From NCBI GenBank assembly GCA_002269645.1, contig NIVC01000011.1, positions 248,001 to 312,000 of the forward strand: 64,000 nt of DNA, given 5' to 3'. Shown here piece after piece: positions 38,721 through 51,248 of the stretch (positions are counted from its first letter, which is position 1; each line of letters starts with the position of its first letter). The notes beneath the pieces were generated by a model. That model was not told the DNA's origin and searched no databases. It worked only from the letters and a program-made list of their open reading frames with translations. The DNA comes from Macrostomum lignano (taxonomy: Eukaryota). The position numbers and the translations under genes are program-made.

Positions 38721-39904
38721 ACGAGCGTAGACCCCATTTGACAGCCTATTTTGTTTGATTTTTGTGTTTTGTTATCGCGTGACGCTCATTGATAAAGCTG
38801 ACCAGTCAAAGCCCACCAGAGAGCTATACCGTTCCACAATGAGACTCAGCATCCTTGCTAAAACGAGTTATGAGCTATTAATTAAAATTCAAGAAATCAA
38901 CACGAGACATGTAAAAGCAATTTTGAAGATTCAACACTGTATACAGTTGCTACAGATTTCATTTCAGTCACGTTGCATACATAATCCAATGGTTCATAGA
39001 GCAAATGTGACTATTTAATCTATGGAGCGTCGGTAGTCAGAATTACGAGCTATTAATACAAATGACGAAGTCATGAGTCTCAAGCGTAAATTAGCATGCT
39101 AGAATTTTATTCGAAAAATCATAGATTCAGCCAAGTAGAAGCGTATTTTTGCAGTGTTAATAGCATAAGAAAAGTAATAAATAGCTGTGCTCATTTATAG
39201 AGCAATAAAGTATATATATGCCTCAATTCCAGAGGAGATATAACCATAAGCGCTAGTGGTAAAGCTCGTAAAGTAAATAAAGCAAAATAAGAGGACAAAT
39301 TTCTCGAACAAATTACTCTATTCTATTCTAGGATATTCCAAGTGCACACGTCATAACAGAAATAGTAATAGAAGCAATAGTAATAATAAAAGTATTAGTA
39401 GTAGTAATAGTAATATTAAAAGAACCCGTAATAAGCTAGCAAGGGATGACCGTCCGAAAGTTTACTCGCACTCCTATCCTATAAAGGAAAAATCGCTCAG
39501 GAAACTATAGCTCGTTACTACGCAACGAAGTAAGAAGATTTCAAGCTAGAAAAGCGACAGATAGAAATTAATTGTGAATAGCTCTTGCATTGATTAAAAT
39601 TGTCAATTGCGTACGAGCGTATATCTCGAATCGGTGCATAAACATAGAAAAATACAGAGTTCATAAGTTCGAAAAAATATATAAATATTGAAATTTCGAG
39701 ACAATATACCAATTGGAGAGACGCTTTATAACGATAATTAGGAAAAATGATATAAGCCTTTTAAAGCGCACACCTTTAAGGCTGCTGAATACGTCAGAAG
39801 ATACAGAAAAAAGTAACGTTTTTTTGCTCGAATAGATAGTTTAAAATTTTACCACAGAATCTGTTCACAATTCACTTTGCATAAAAAACTCCGTCTCAAA
39901 AACG

Positions 39905-40025
39905 CTAAGTCCGCTTAGAAGAAGCAAAATCAGATTGTAACTCAGGGGGCGTAGCATTTCACTAGCAAGCAATTCCTTTCTCATCTGCGCATTGATCTTT
40001 GCCGAAATTTCCTTTCCGATAAAAC
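39905..40025 (-). pseudogene. Degenerate relic of a D-type lectin gene segment
   Basis: AAATCAGATTGTAACTCAGGGGGCGTAGCATTTCACTAGCAAGCAATTCC...GCGCATTGATCTTTGCCGAAATTTCC aligns with copy D 47917-48005 (AAATCAGATTGTGACTCAGGGGACGTAGCAATCCACTCGCAAGCGAATCC...GCGCATTGACTATTGCCAAATTTTCC). Confidence 0.7.
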
Positions 40026-40043
40026 AGTGGCGTCTCGAAAAGC

Positions 40044-40793
40044 TCAGTACACGCTGAACTTGACCCAGTCGACGCTCGTCTCGATCTCCTCCTCCACCTG
40101 AGCGTCGGTGAACAGCAGCAGGCGGCAGGCTCTCAGCTTGCTGTTGTACAGCACGTGTCTGCAGCTGCCCGATCTCATGGCAGCCGCTGCACAGTTCATT
40201 GCGTTATCAACCTGCAGCAGGTCAGAGTAGCAGTACTCAGAGCTGGCATGGTAGCTGGTCCGCTTGAACGGAGTTCGCTTCCACGAGGCAGACTTTGGCA
40301 ATGGCTGAGCGGCACTCGGAGTCCACTCGCAAGCGTATCCAAGTGAACGAGAGCAAAAGTGATTTCCGATTTTTCCATACGACCAATGTATTAGGCAGTT
40401 TTCCTCCGTGCCTCCGTTTGGCTCATGTGAAACACCCCACAGTGAGTTGTTTAGCGGCATTTCGCCGTTGCCGTTGACCAACTGCCAGCCCGATTTGCTC
40501 GAAGACCTCTCGTCAGCCAAGTCGGTCACTCCAAACCAAATTCGGCAGCTACAGCTGGCGAAACTCGGCATGCTGCTGAGCAGCTGCAGAGAGCTGTACG
40601 AGTTGAGCAGCTCGCCTCCGATCATGGCGCACTGCCGGTTGGCCTCGCACCAATTGATGCTGTTCACCTTGTTCACGAATATGCACTTCCCGGCCTCAAG
40701 GCTGAACGGCGAGGGGCACAGCTGGGCCAGGGCTGACAGCAGCTGGTTGGTAAATGTGCTCAGAAAAACAAACTTATACGAGCCGTAATTCAT
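40044..40793 (-). CDS. Secreted C-type lectin + PAN/apple-like domain protein, copy C (249 aa)
   Basis: Single exon with ATG at 40793 and a signal-like N-terminus. CTLD motifs WCEANRQC, WFGVTD, EPN, ENC. C-terminal Cys-containing PAN-like domain (CRHVLYNSKLRACRL). Confidence 0.85.
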   Translation of the reverse strand: MNYGSYKFVFLSTFTNQLLSALAQLCPSPFSLEAGKCIFVNKVNSINWCEANRQCAMIGGELLNSYSSLQLLSSMPSFASCSCRIWFGVTDLADERSSSKSGWQLVNGNGEMPLNNSLWGVSHEPNGGTEENCLIHWSYGKIGNHFCSRSLGYACEWTPSAAQPLPKSASWKRTPFKRTSYHASSEYCYSDLLQVDNAMNCAAAAMRSGSCRHVLYNSKLRACRLLLFTDAQVEEEIETSVDWVKFSVY

Positions 40794-40959
40794 ATCTGCT
40801 AAAATTTTCAAAAGTGTAATACAGTCAATATGGTTGTAAAATTTTCAGGTTTTGCCAAGACCTGGTCAGATGCGCTCTTTCTTATTTGCATCCTGCATTT
40901 CACATTTTTGACGAAAATTTAAAGTCTGAATTTAGTAATGACTTACGGCTTTCTCCCTC

Positions 40960-40966
40960 ATTGGTC
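40960..40966 (-). promoter_or_regulatory. Conserved GACCAAT (CCAAT-box) upstream of lectin copies
   Basis: ATTGGTC on the + strand lies 143-174 nt upstream of the ATG in copies C (40960), D (48560) and E (53537), and also in the gene-less upstream block (44219). Confidence 0.45.
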
Positions 40967-42257
40967 GAAAACACTGGGAATGGTATACACTCCTGCATGG
41001 TTTGTCTATCGCTATTTTTGCATGAGTTATGAGCTTTAACTCCAGCTATAGGCATGAAGACTTCATTCATGCAGTTAAATTCAGCATGGGCACCAACCAA
41101 GGTTAGAGAAAAATCCCATCAAAATTTGAAACTGAGTCACTTTTGTAGAAAATATAGCATCCTGCTTTGGGCTGCTGGGAGTAACCAGCTGACAGGGACT
41201 TGAACTCTCCCAGGGGAAATTTTCCGTCTGTTGGGCTCCTGACTATTCAAGCATTTCTGAAGACGATTTTAGCGACAAGTAAGTTGTTGGGATCACGGAA
41301 GAATGCGCTTTCTAATTTATTGGAAAACCTCTCTATAGACTTGGAATCTTTCCGGGATAAGCCGATCGTAAAAATGCATTGCGTATGAAAAAAAGCGAGG
41401 AAAAAAGTTGAACTGCTGGCTCAGCAATCCGCAGTCGTCCCAAATAAGTTTTCGAGCATTAGTTAGTTGGCTGCTTAGTAACTGAGATACGAACTTGATC
41501 TGCCAGCTTTTCGATCTGACAAATGGCATGAGTTTTGGAAGCGTTTTTCTATTGAGCTGAAGTGTTTGGAACTCAGTTAGTCAAGAGTTATCATGGATCT
41601 CAAAGTTTAGGAGAGTTCATGGCAACCATGCCATGTGAGTTTGCCTACAAACGAGTAGAAGGTAAGTATAGTATTTTCTGTTGGCTTCTGGCTGAGATGG
41701 ACTGAAATGGACTTTTGGCAATGCTGCTTGTCCAGTGCATTTTTTTACGTCGTCGCCGCATTTAATCTGCACCTCCATAAAAAGTGCACCACTCGAAAAT
41801 CGTGTGCAAACTCTTCTTTTGAGCAAAATGTTGTTGTGTACTTCATCTTTTTCAACTTACTGTTTGGCGCACGATCAAGGTTTTATCCTCCTCTTTTGCT
41901 TTCCGCTTGCTTCCCTACTCTTTACTGAATTTTTGCGGACCACGTGCGCAAGCAGTCGGCCCTTTGTCAGCATAGTGCTGAGCCAATTAGAAGACTTTAT
42001 TATGGCCAAAGCTTAGAAGGATAAGATGCACAATCATATTAGACTGTGGTACTGCTGTTCATAGTACGGGCTAGAGAGATCGCTACCACATAGAAACTTT
42101 TCATGACGAAAAAGTCATTTCACTCACGCAAAAATCCACTTTTGAAAAAAAATTTTTTTTTTTCTGCGCTGCTCGCTAAACCGTGACGGTGAGACAATGC
42201 TGCAAGCAAGACAATGAAAATCCTTCGTCATTGTTCTCCATTTATTCTCCATTGTTT

Positions 42258-42553
42258 CATAGGCGTAGGAACGTTTCAAAAAGTGGGGGGGGCAGGGGCC
42301 ATCTTTTAGCAAAGGACTAGGGAATCCAATTACCCCAAAAAATTCCCTAATCCCTGGGGGAGGGTTTTTTGGAAGACATGTCGCTTATGATGTCAATGAC
42401 ATTTTTAAAGTTCATGCGAAGTAGCCAAAACCCAAAAAAAGAGTAAAAACTAAGTGAAAAGACTACATTTTGCATTTAAAATGTGGAGGGGCCAGATACC
42501 ATTACTGCCCCCCCCCACTTTATGGCCCCACTGCCCCCCCTCCTACGCCTATG
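42258..42553. mobile_element. MITE, 296 bp, 13-bp TIR CATAGGCGTAGGA
   Basis: Perfect TIRs at 42258-42270 and 42541-42553. Absent from the paralogous blocks at ~36930 and ~46920. TSD not resolved. Confidence 0.75.
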
Positions 42554-45500
42554 GTTCTCTGCGCCTTGTTTTTTTGGCTTCTAGCTGACTTCTACAAGGT
42601 TTTGAGAGAAGTAGCAGAAGCAAGAATTTAACGTTTCGATTTATAATGTCGAATTAAAAGGAATGAGAATGCAGCTGACGATACTAAAACTTTTGTGAGC
42701 TAAACGAATGATTGGGTGGTTGCTCCAAGAATATGGCAGTAAATTTTTCGCTTTTTACTTTCGACTGTAACGATGTAGATTTATTTATATTTATAAGTTT
42801 TGACTTTTATAGGTAGAGATATAGTGTATTTGTTATTATCTATTTTTTATTTGTATTAAATTTTGATTATTACCTTGATTATTACCTTTGTTTTACTGTA
42901 TGGTTCCAAGAATTTGTATGGTATTTAAACCGCGGGTAGAATTTAATTGTGTACTTCTCTTCTCTCTCCTGTTTTTCCCGTCGTTTTGCACCGCCTCCTG
43001 ATTGGTGCATGTATTTCTATTAGTAATAGTCTTTGTTATTCCTTAGTTAATGCCAAGTTTAATTATATAGATTGTCAAGGTTTCGAATCGTGAAGTAAAA
43101 ATAAATATACGAGTATAATTAGCCGTCTGAACGCGAACTATTTAAATAAACCGCTATACGACATTGTAAAATATTTTTTTGTTCTGAAGTCCGAAGCAAA
43201 ACTTTGTGAATACGCCGAATGTGTAATTTCGACAAACCAAGAAATGCCAGGATATCAGTGTCTGCTAATCAGGTAGTTAGGCCAGTTAGAGAAGTCTTGT
43301 AGTGGTAATTTTAAAAAGCTCTTTTTATGTTTTGGGAAACGATTTCCTGAATCGATTACACTAGACTACTTACAGACAGTTGAAATAGGGGCATTTACAT
43401 TTCACAGACAGCCTAATTAGGTATAGAAATAAAAACATTGGTGAGGTAAAAGCATAAATAAAAGCAGCATTTGTGTTGCATAAACGAAATCTCGGAAGTA
43501 AAAATAGAGATAAAAAAGCAGATGTAAAAAAGCAAGTGTATAAAAATTGGATTGTAACAGAAGATATATTTTTAACAGCGAATCATCAAGACGGAAGCCA
43601 ATCACAAGTGAAAAACACACTGCACTGCATTTTTAAATACTGCCTGTACTGCATGAAAAACTGCTGGGTCCTGGGCACCCCTGCCTTATCCAGCACTCGC
43701 TATTCGTTAGTGTATTCGTTAGTACGCTCGTATAGTTTTGTTTAGTCTAGCAATTTGTTTGAATAGTGCGCTAACAGACGGCTGATGGGAAGAACAAGGG
43801 GAGAGGGAGTCGAAGAAGCAGAGGAAGAAAGAACTTTTATAATGATAGCGAGAGAGGAGGCAATAAGTCGCTGGTTGTGCTAACGCTGAAATTTTGGGGT
43901 CGTTAACTTAGCTAGCCTAGGGCGGGTTGTGGGTTGTTGGTTGTCCATTGACTTGTCGCCTTTTCAGGCTGTCCCACAGGAGTTTCAGCACTGGAGGGCG
44001 ATTGCGGGCAGCTCTAGGGAGCCAGCCTACGCCCAGGGCGCGGATCTTATTGGCCATCATGGGCATGGCCGCCAGCTCATGCAGGTGGGCCACTTGGGTG
44101 TAACTGGGGGCCAAGACCTGGTGGAAGATACACTCTTTCTTATTTGCATCCTGCATTTCACATTTCTGACGTAAATTTTCAAGTCTGAATTTAGAAATGA
44201 CTTACTACTTGCTCTCTCATTGGTCGAAACACCAAGAATGTCATGCGACTCTTGCATCAAGACCCGAGCAGGTTTTTCTAGGAGCTATGTTTTTGCATGA
44301 GTTTTGTGCTGTTATTCTAGTAAGAGTGAATATAGTATCTCGCTTTGGGCTACCAGATAACAGGGACTTGAACTCTCCCAGGGAAAATTTTCCATCTGCT
44401 GGGCCCCTGTCTATTCAAGCATTTCTGAAGACAACTTCAGCGACAAGTAAGTCGCTGGGATCACGGAAGAATGCACTTTCTAATTTATTGGAAAACCTCT
44501 CTATAGACTTGGAATCTTTCCGGGATAAGCCGATCGTAAAAATGCATTGAGAATGAAAAAAAGCGAAGAAAAGAGTTGAACAGCCGGCTGAGTGTTGCCC
44601 ACGAAATTTTCGAGTATTAGTTAGTTGGCTGCTTAGTAACTAAAGTGACAAACTCGATCTGTCAAATTTTGACCTGACAAACAGCACAAGAATGAGATAA
44701 TTTTGTTAACAGAATAAGCAGATTTGGATTATGACTGCTAAAGAGCCGGATTTAGTACTGGATGGAGTAACTATTGACTAGAAACGTCTTTTTGGCTGCG
44801 TAGCACAGTTTGCGAAGCGTTTTGTTACAGAGCTGTGTTAGGAACTGTTAGTCGTCCAACAGTTATCACAGATCTTTGAGTCTAATAGAGTTCTTTACAA
44901 CCATGAAGTAGACACAATAACCAGTTTGTGTCTACTAACCAGTAGAAATTAAGCGGTATTTTCTGTAGGCTTCGGGTAGAGAGGTAGAAATTATCTTTAA
45001 CTTAATGTAGAGAATTATTAAAACCATGCCGTAATGAGCTACTTAAAGTAATACTCTAGGAAAGTATATTTTAATCTGCAACCTAGAGTCACGTGCAAAT
45101 AGTTACTCAGAATACCACGTAGGACCAATGTTTGTTTGATCGAGGAACAGAATTTTAGCAGCTGTATTTGCTCAATTCCATATAAGGTAATGCTCAAACA
45201 TGCATGACCGCTTAATCAAACATGTATGACCAGTAAATATCCGATCCAAACCGGCTATCCCCAAAATTTTGCTATAAATATAAGTGAAAATCCGAGTAGA
45301 AAATTCTGACTTAGAGCGGTCTTAAAGAAGACTCTGGGGAAGAAGAAAGGAGACCAATCTCTGAGGGACGATACTTGTCCAATTGGTAAGCGTTTACAGG
45401 ATTTAGTTCTTTGTTGCTAGCGTTTAGTAAGTTGATTAATTGAGTTAACGAGAGCGGTTTATGGTCGATAAATCTGCGAAAGGCCTCCTTGTTTCCTAGG

Positions 45501-47670
45501 ATATTTATCCTAGATGATTTGCTGATTAATTTGAGTTATCCGTTACGTTTCGGACATAACGAAGATGCCCTTCCGGAGGACCTATTGCAGAACTCAGAAA
45601 ATTCACTTGTTTATTAGGGCGCACGTTCTATCGTTAATTCCGAGCTCGAGGACCGTCAAGACTTCTGATTCGCTCTTGTTTTGGTCGGACCCACAGATAA
45701 AAGTCAAGGATTCCCGGAAGTAACGAGTCACCTAAGTCAAACCAAGGGTTCTAAAAGCTATACTCAAGGATCCGCTGCAGTAAGAGTTATTTGATATGCC
45801 CAGGCACAGTTGTTCTCCAGTGTCTAGAAGTGGGAGTTTTCGAGGGGCTGATCACCACTCTTAAACTCTTCAGTGAACCTCCATAAAATGAGGAGGTTCC
45901 TTCATAAAAAAGCATTACTCGAATCGTTAATGAGCTCTTTATTTTGTGAGCAAAATCTAGCCGTGTACTTCATCCTCATCATCTTACTACTGAACTATTT
46001 AGGGTTTGGGGGGTTTAGTCTTCGTCCGTGAAGTACGAACGTATTTGCACCTAATTTGTGCTTCATCTCTTCGATCGGAAGCCTTCTCTTAGTAAGCGTA
46101 CGTAGTTGCTGCCATCAGTTACGAGCGTACTTCGGGTCCGTCAGTATCCGCTGCGGTGAGGATCCCGTCGGAACGAAATATAAAAGAGGAGCGAACACAG
46201 CACTTCAGGCGGATTTGCGATTTCAGACTAATAGTCAGCAGATCCTGCCGGGCTCAGTGGGTGGTTTGGGAGGGCAGTGTTATCCTCTGGGAGTCTGGGT
46301 TGAAGATGATCACTTGATCCAGACATTTTTAGATTTGAAAATTCATGCACTCGCTAGGAACTTAGAGGAATGGCACTTATAGCCTGGTGAACTCTATTGC
46401 GCCAGAGCAGGAAAGATCTCGCGTGACACGGTATCTATTTTTAGCAACTGACGTCAATGCTTGGCTTTAAGAAGGCAAGGGGATCCCCGGGCACGTGATT
46501 TCAATATAAGCACACAAGGCCAGCTGTACAGTAAGGGACTGTGAGACGACAGAGCTTTGTCATGTGACTTGACTTAGCCCGATTCCCTCTCTACTCTGTA
46601 CTGCATTTTTGCAGCCCACGCACTTAGCAATCGGTCTCTGCAGTCGGCTAAGCATCACTGTGCTTAGCCAATAGCCAATTAGTACACAGTACACTTTTTT
46701 ATGCCCAAAGTTGAGAAGTAAAAAATGCACAAGCATATTAGCTCTTAAGTATTGCTATCCACGGAAGAGAGCTACCACAATTAAAACCTTTTATGATGAA
46801 TAAATCATTTCGCTCATGCGAAAATCCACCTTCGTGACAAAAAACTTTTTCTCATTTTTCTCTGCGCTAAACCGAGAAACAATGCTACAAAGCAAGACAA
46901 TGAAAAACCCTCGTCATTGTTCTCCGTCGCGGAGACTTTGAGCGCCTTGCCTTATTTTCTTGGCTTCTATTCTAACTGACTTCTACAAGGTTTTGAGAGA
47001 AGTAGCTAAAACACTAATTCACTGACGATGGCTAAAAGCGTACGGCTATGAGTATGACGCTGACGTACACTGGAACTTTCAAGAGGTATCGAATGATTTG
47101 TTGTTAGCTGCTACAAATAACTTATAATATTTGCAATAAGGCCCAAGATATCAGTGTTCTTTTGCGTTTCAAGTATTGTGTTTCATAACTACTTTTTCCC
47201 TGTAAAGTCCTAAGCAAGACTTTTTGAATAAAGCAGAATTGAAGGTGTGATTCAATTTTTTGATGCGTTGGAATTACGTGAATACGATGACTTTTTTAAC
47301 TGCAGGTACGACCATAACAGAAATCAACAAAAGTAAAAAGCTTCGAATATCAAATGATGTGCTTTCTATACGTTTATATTGACATTTCGGCAACGAAATC
47401 TGCTGTCAGTAGCGTCAAATAAAATCTGCGTTACCCCTTCTTAAGCTATATGCCCTACTACAATATGCATATACAAATTCATATATTCAGTATACTTTAA
47501 TAGACTAGATCGTACAGAAATTCTCGATATTATGTTAGTTTTGTATAGTTGAAATTCAGGAGACCAAAGTATGTTTGGATCTGTTTGTCTTCGAACACTT
47601 GAAATTTACTTATTAAAATTGTAGCAATGTTATTTGCTACATTGAGATGTACTGCAAGATTTCGTCTTGC

Positions 47671-48417
47671 TCAAAACACGCTGAACTTGACCCAGTCGGC
47701 GCTCGTCTCGATCATCTCCTCCACCTGAGCGTCGGTGAACAGCAGCAGGCGGCAGGCTCTCAGCTTGCTGTTGTACAGCACGTGTCTGCAGTTGCCCGAT
47801 CTCATGGCAGCCGCTGCACAGTTCATTGCGTTGCCAACCTGCAGCAGGTCAGAGTAGCAGTACTCAGTGCTGGCATGGTAGCTGGTACGCATGAACGGAG
47901 TTCGCTTCCACGAGGCGAAATCAGATTGTGACTCAGGGGACGTAGCAATCCACTCGCAAGCGAATCCATACTTAGCCGCGCATTGACTATTGCCAAATTT
48001 TCCATAGGACAAATGCACTATGCAGTTCTCAATGGTGTCTCTGTTTGGCTCAGATGAAAAACCCCACAGTGAGTTATCTAGTGGCATGATGCCGTTGCCG
48101 TTGATCATCTGCCAGCCAGACTTGCTCGAGAATCTCTCGTCGGCCAAGTCGGTCACTCCAAACCAAATTCGGCAGTTATTGCAGTTGAAACTCGGCATGC
48201 TGCTGAGCAGCTGCAGAGAGCTGTACGAGTTGAGCAGCTCGCCTCCGATCATGGCGCACTGCCGGTTGGCCTCGCACCAGCTGACTTTGTTCACCTTGTT
48301 CACGAATATGCACCTTCCGGCCTCAAGGCTGAACGGCGAGGGGCACAGCTGGGCCAGGGCTGGCAGCAGCTGGCTGTTAAGAACGCCCTGAAAAATCAGC
48401 AGATAATTCAACAACAT
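47671..48417 (-). CDS. Secreted C-type lectin + PAN/apple-like domain protein, copy D (248 aa)
   Basis: Single exon with ATG at 48417. Same architecture as copy C; loop reads EPNRDTIENC. Confidence 0.85.
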   Translation of the reverse strand: MLLNYLLIFQGVLNSQLLPALAQLCPSPFSLEAGRCIFVNKVNKVSWCEANRQCAMIGGELLNSYSSLQLLSSMPSFNCNNCRIWFGVTDLADERFSSKSGWQMINGNGIMPLDNSLWGFSSEPNRDTIENCIVHLSYGKFGNSQCAAKYGFACEWIATSPESQSDFASWKRTPFMRTSYHASTEYCYSDLLQVGNAMNCAAAAMRSGNCRHVLYNSKLRACRLLLFTDAQVEEMIETSADWVKFSVF

Positions 48418-49384
48418 TGAGTCGATGCTGTGAGCGTGACTGATTCGATTTTTACCTAGAAGGTGTTTAAAGGATTCAACTATTTTCAAGCACGTTCCAT
48501 TTTGTACCTTTTTGCAGCGCCATGAATCATAAATTTCTGGGTTGCTGCTTCTGCTTCCTATTGGTCAATAATGCTAAAGCAACATCAAGCGCTACTTCTG
48601 GGTAATAGTCATAGAAGTCTATTAGGTTTGCAAAATCTAATTTTTAAATGGCCGGCTTCAGAATGAAACATGGAGCTAAAATATTCTGGGAACTCACAAA
48701 TTGGGAGTTTATTAGGGAATTTATGCTAGGGAATTTATCTACCGTGACTCAAAATAAGCTGCTATGCGAGTTCATCTACTAACGAGTAAAAGTAGTACGT
48801 CGCGTAAAGAAGTTTTTTCATGGGTATGGTATGGCTCTAGGAGCGTATTGTCAATGTACTTCTTAATTAATGAGGAATTGCCTAGTGTCTGAGTCATGCT
48901 ACTGCAGTGGCGGTCTACCTGAAACAGTCGTTGCACTAACTAAGGAATCTGCTTTTTTGGGAGAATGTTTGATGAGAATGAAAAGCTTTCTCATTATTCT
49001 ACGAGCGTACATTGAGGAAGTCTTCGGCTATTCTTTTCTTTTCTTTGTGAATTTGCATCGCAGATGCAGCTACGATCTTAGATTGCTTTATTGAAGAGAG
49101 CTTTTCTGTGAGACTTACGAATACTAAAAGGTAAAAGTTGGCTCAGCTCACCCATAGGTAAAAAACAAAGGCTTCTTTAGGCGCTTGCTTATACTACTCG
49201 TATACACAAATATACGATTGTACATGTGTAAAATAAGGTTACTCATAACTCAATTAATACATGTAGATTCGAATGATCTAAGAGGCAAGAGGCAAGTAAG
49301 AGGCAGCATAGAATCAATAATTTTTTTAATAAACTACATGTAGCTCCTCCTATAATTAGGCCCTCTCCTACAATTAGCCTTGCC

Positions 49385-50068
49385 ATCTCAGCATTCCCCC
49401 GTGAGCCTTGTCATTTCAGCATTCCCCCGTAAGCCTTGACATCACAGCATTCCCCCGTGAGCCTTGACATCTCAGCATTCCCCCGTAAGACTTGACATCA
49501 CAGCAATACCCCCCAAAAGCCTTGACATCTCAGCAATTTCCCCCAACCAAAGACTTGACATCTCAGCAATTTCCCCCAACCAAAGACTTGACATCTCAGC
49601 AATTTCCCCCAACAAAAGCCTTGACATCTCAGCAATTTCCCCCAACCAAAGACTTGACATCTCAGCAATTTCCCCCAACAAAAGCCTTGACATCTCAGCA
49701 ATTTCCCCCAACAAAAGCCTTGACATCTCAGCAATTTCCCCCAACAAAAGCCTTGACATCTCAGCAATTTCCCCCAACCAAAGACTTGACATCTCAGCAA
49801 TTTCCCCCAACCAAAGCCTTGACATCTCAGCAATTTCCCCCAACAAAAGCCTTGACATCTCAGCAATTTCCCCCAACCAAAGACTTGACATCTCAGCAAT
49901 TTCCCCCAACCAAAGACTTGACATCTCAGCAATTTCCCCCAACCAAAGACTTGACATCTCAGCAATTTCCCCCAACCAAAGACTTGACATCTCAGCAATT
50001 TCCCCCAACCAAAGACTTGACATCTCAGCAATTTCCCCCAACAAAAGCCTTGACATCCCAGCATCTTG
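49385..50068. repeat. 33-bp minisatellite (CTTGACATCTCAGCAATTTCCCCCAACCAAAGA), preceded by shorter ~29-bp variants
   Basis: Period 33 (49801, 49834). Related inverted units occur at ~50565-50670. Confidence 0.95.
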
Positions 50069-50930
50069 ACTTCCTGGAAAAAAAGTATACCCAATATAAA
50101 TTTTTGTATTCTCCACAAGCCATACGTGGCCTGGTCTGTATACCAGCAGTTGACACCCACGCAGATTTATACAGAAATGTAGAAAAATGTGTGCAAATTT
50201 CTGTAAGATTCATTTTTCCCATCTGAACTTAGGTTACGTTTCAGTGTTTGAGCAATATTCAGATCCGGTTGTGAAACTCAAATAAGATATCTATATGTAG
50301 CAGTTAGTATTTGCAAGAGTTTGCCTCCGGCACCGGTGGGACGCTTAAAAATAGAAGGATCTGTCTTATATTGAAATTTATGCAACAAATTAGTTTGTTA
50401 AATCGGCCTATTAATTGATTATTCACTCTTCATCCTTTAAGGGCTTGATATTCTGCTAAGTTCTCTGATATTTCGTATAGTCCTGTTTTCTAACTAAATC
50501 GACGTCTTCAATAGTTCCATGGATTCGTTTCCTGAACTGCACTGGTACCTAGCAAAATGCTGTGGCTCATGGGGGGGGGGTGGCTGAGACGTCAAGACTC
50601 ATGAGGGGATTGCTGAAATGCTGTGGCTCATAAGGGGGGTTGCTGAGATGCCAGATACTGAGATGGAAGCTGTTGGTGTTGGCCAAGCATCTAATAGAGA
50701 GTTAGGGTTAAGCTATAACTTAAAGGGAGGCTTTAGTTCTAAAGCTCAAAGGGATGCTGATATATTAGGCTTTTTGGGCTTTTGCTTTTTTTGCGTTAAA
50801 CATCATATTTGTCTTGAGAAATAAACAATAGGGACTGTACAAGATCAAAACGTACATGTAGTTAATTAATAAAGTATTTCTTTTTCTGTTGTCGTCCAAA
50901 CAGGGGCCGCAGATTGCTTGTGTTTGTTAA

Positions 50931-51248
50931 TAATAATCATAATTGATTACACCTGACCTAATTGGGCCAGATGTGCAACCGACAGCTCAGCCGCAGCTAT
51001 TGCGCAGCTCATCTGCGTACGGCTGCGTACGGCTGTTCAGTCCAAGGACTGGGGGGGGGGGGGTCGCCACACACATCTTCAATTACCCCAGCCAATGCTG
51101 GCACTAATTTTACAGCTGAGTGAACTGAAGCAATGCAGAGTTAAGTGTCTTGCTCAAGGACACAAATTGCTCCAGTGGGATCAGGAATCGAACCCCCGAC
51201 CTTCAAGTCGTGAGTCAGACGCTCTAACCACTAGGCTACAACCCCTTA
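50931..51248 (-). mobile_element. tRNA-derived CORE-SINE, copy 2 (full length, with TSD)
   Basis: tRNA-like head with A/B boxes, a CORE-like segment (reverse complement of GTGTCCTTGAGCAAGACACTTAACTC...CTGTAAAA) and a TAA-rich tail. 14-bp TSD CTTGTGTTTG(T/C)TAA at 50917-50930 and 51249-51262. Confidence 0.92.

Noticed and set aside
43672-43683. hAT-like end TGGGCACCCCTG
   Set aside because: No partner terminus or TSD was found upstream, so no element could be delimited.
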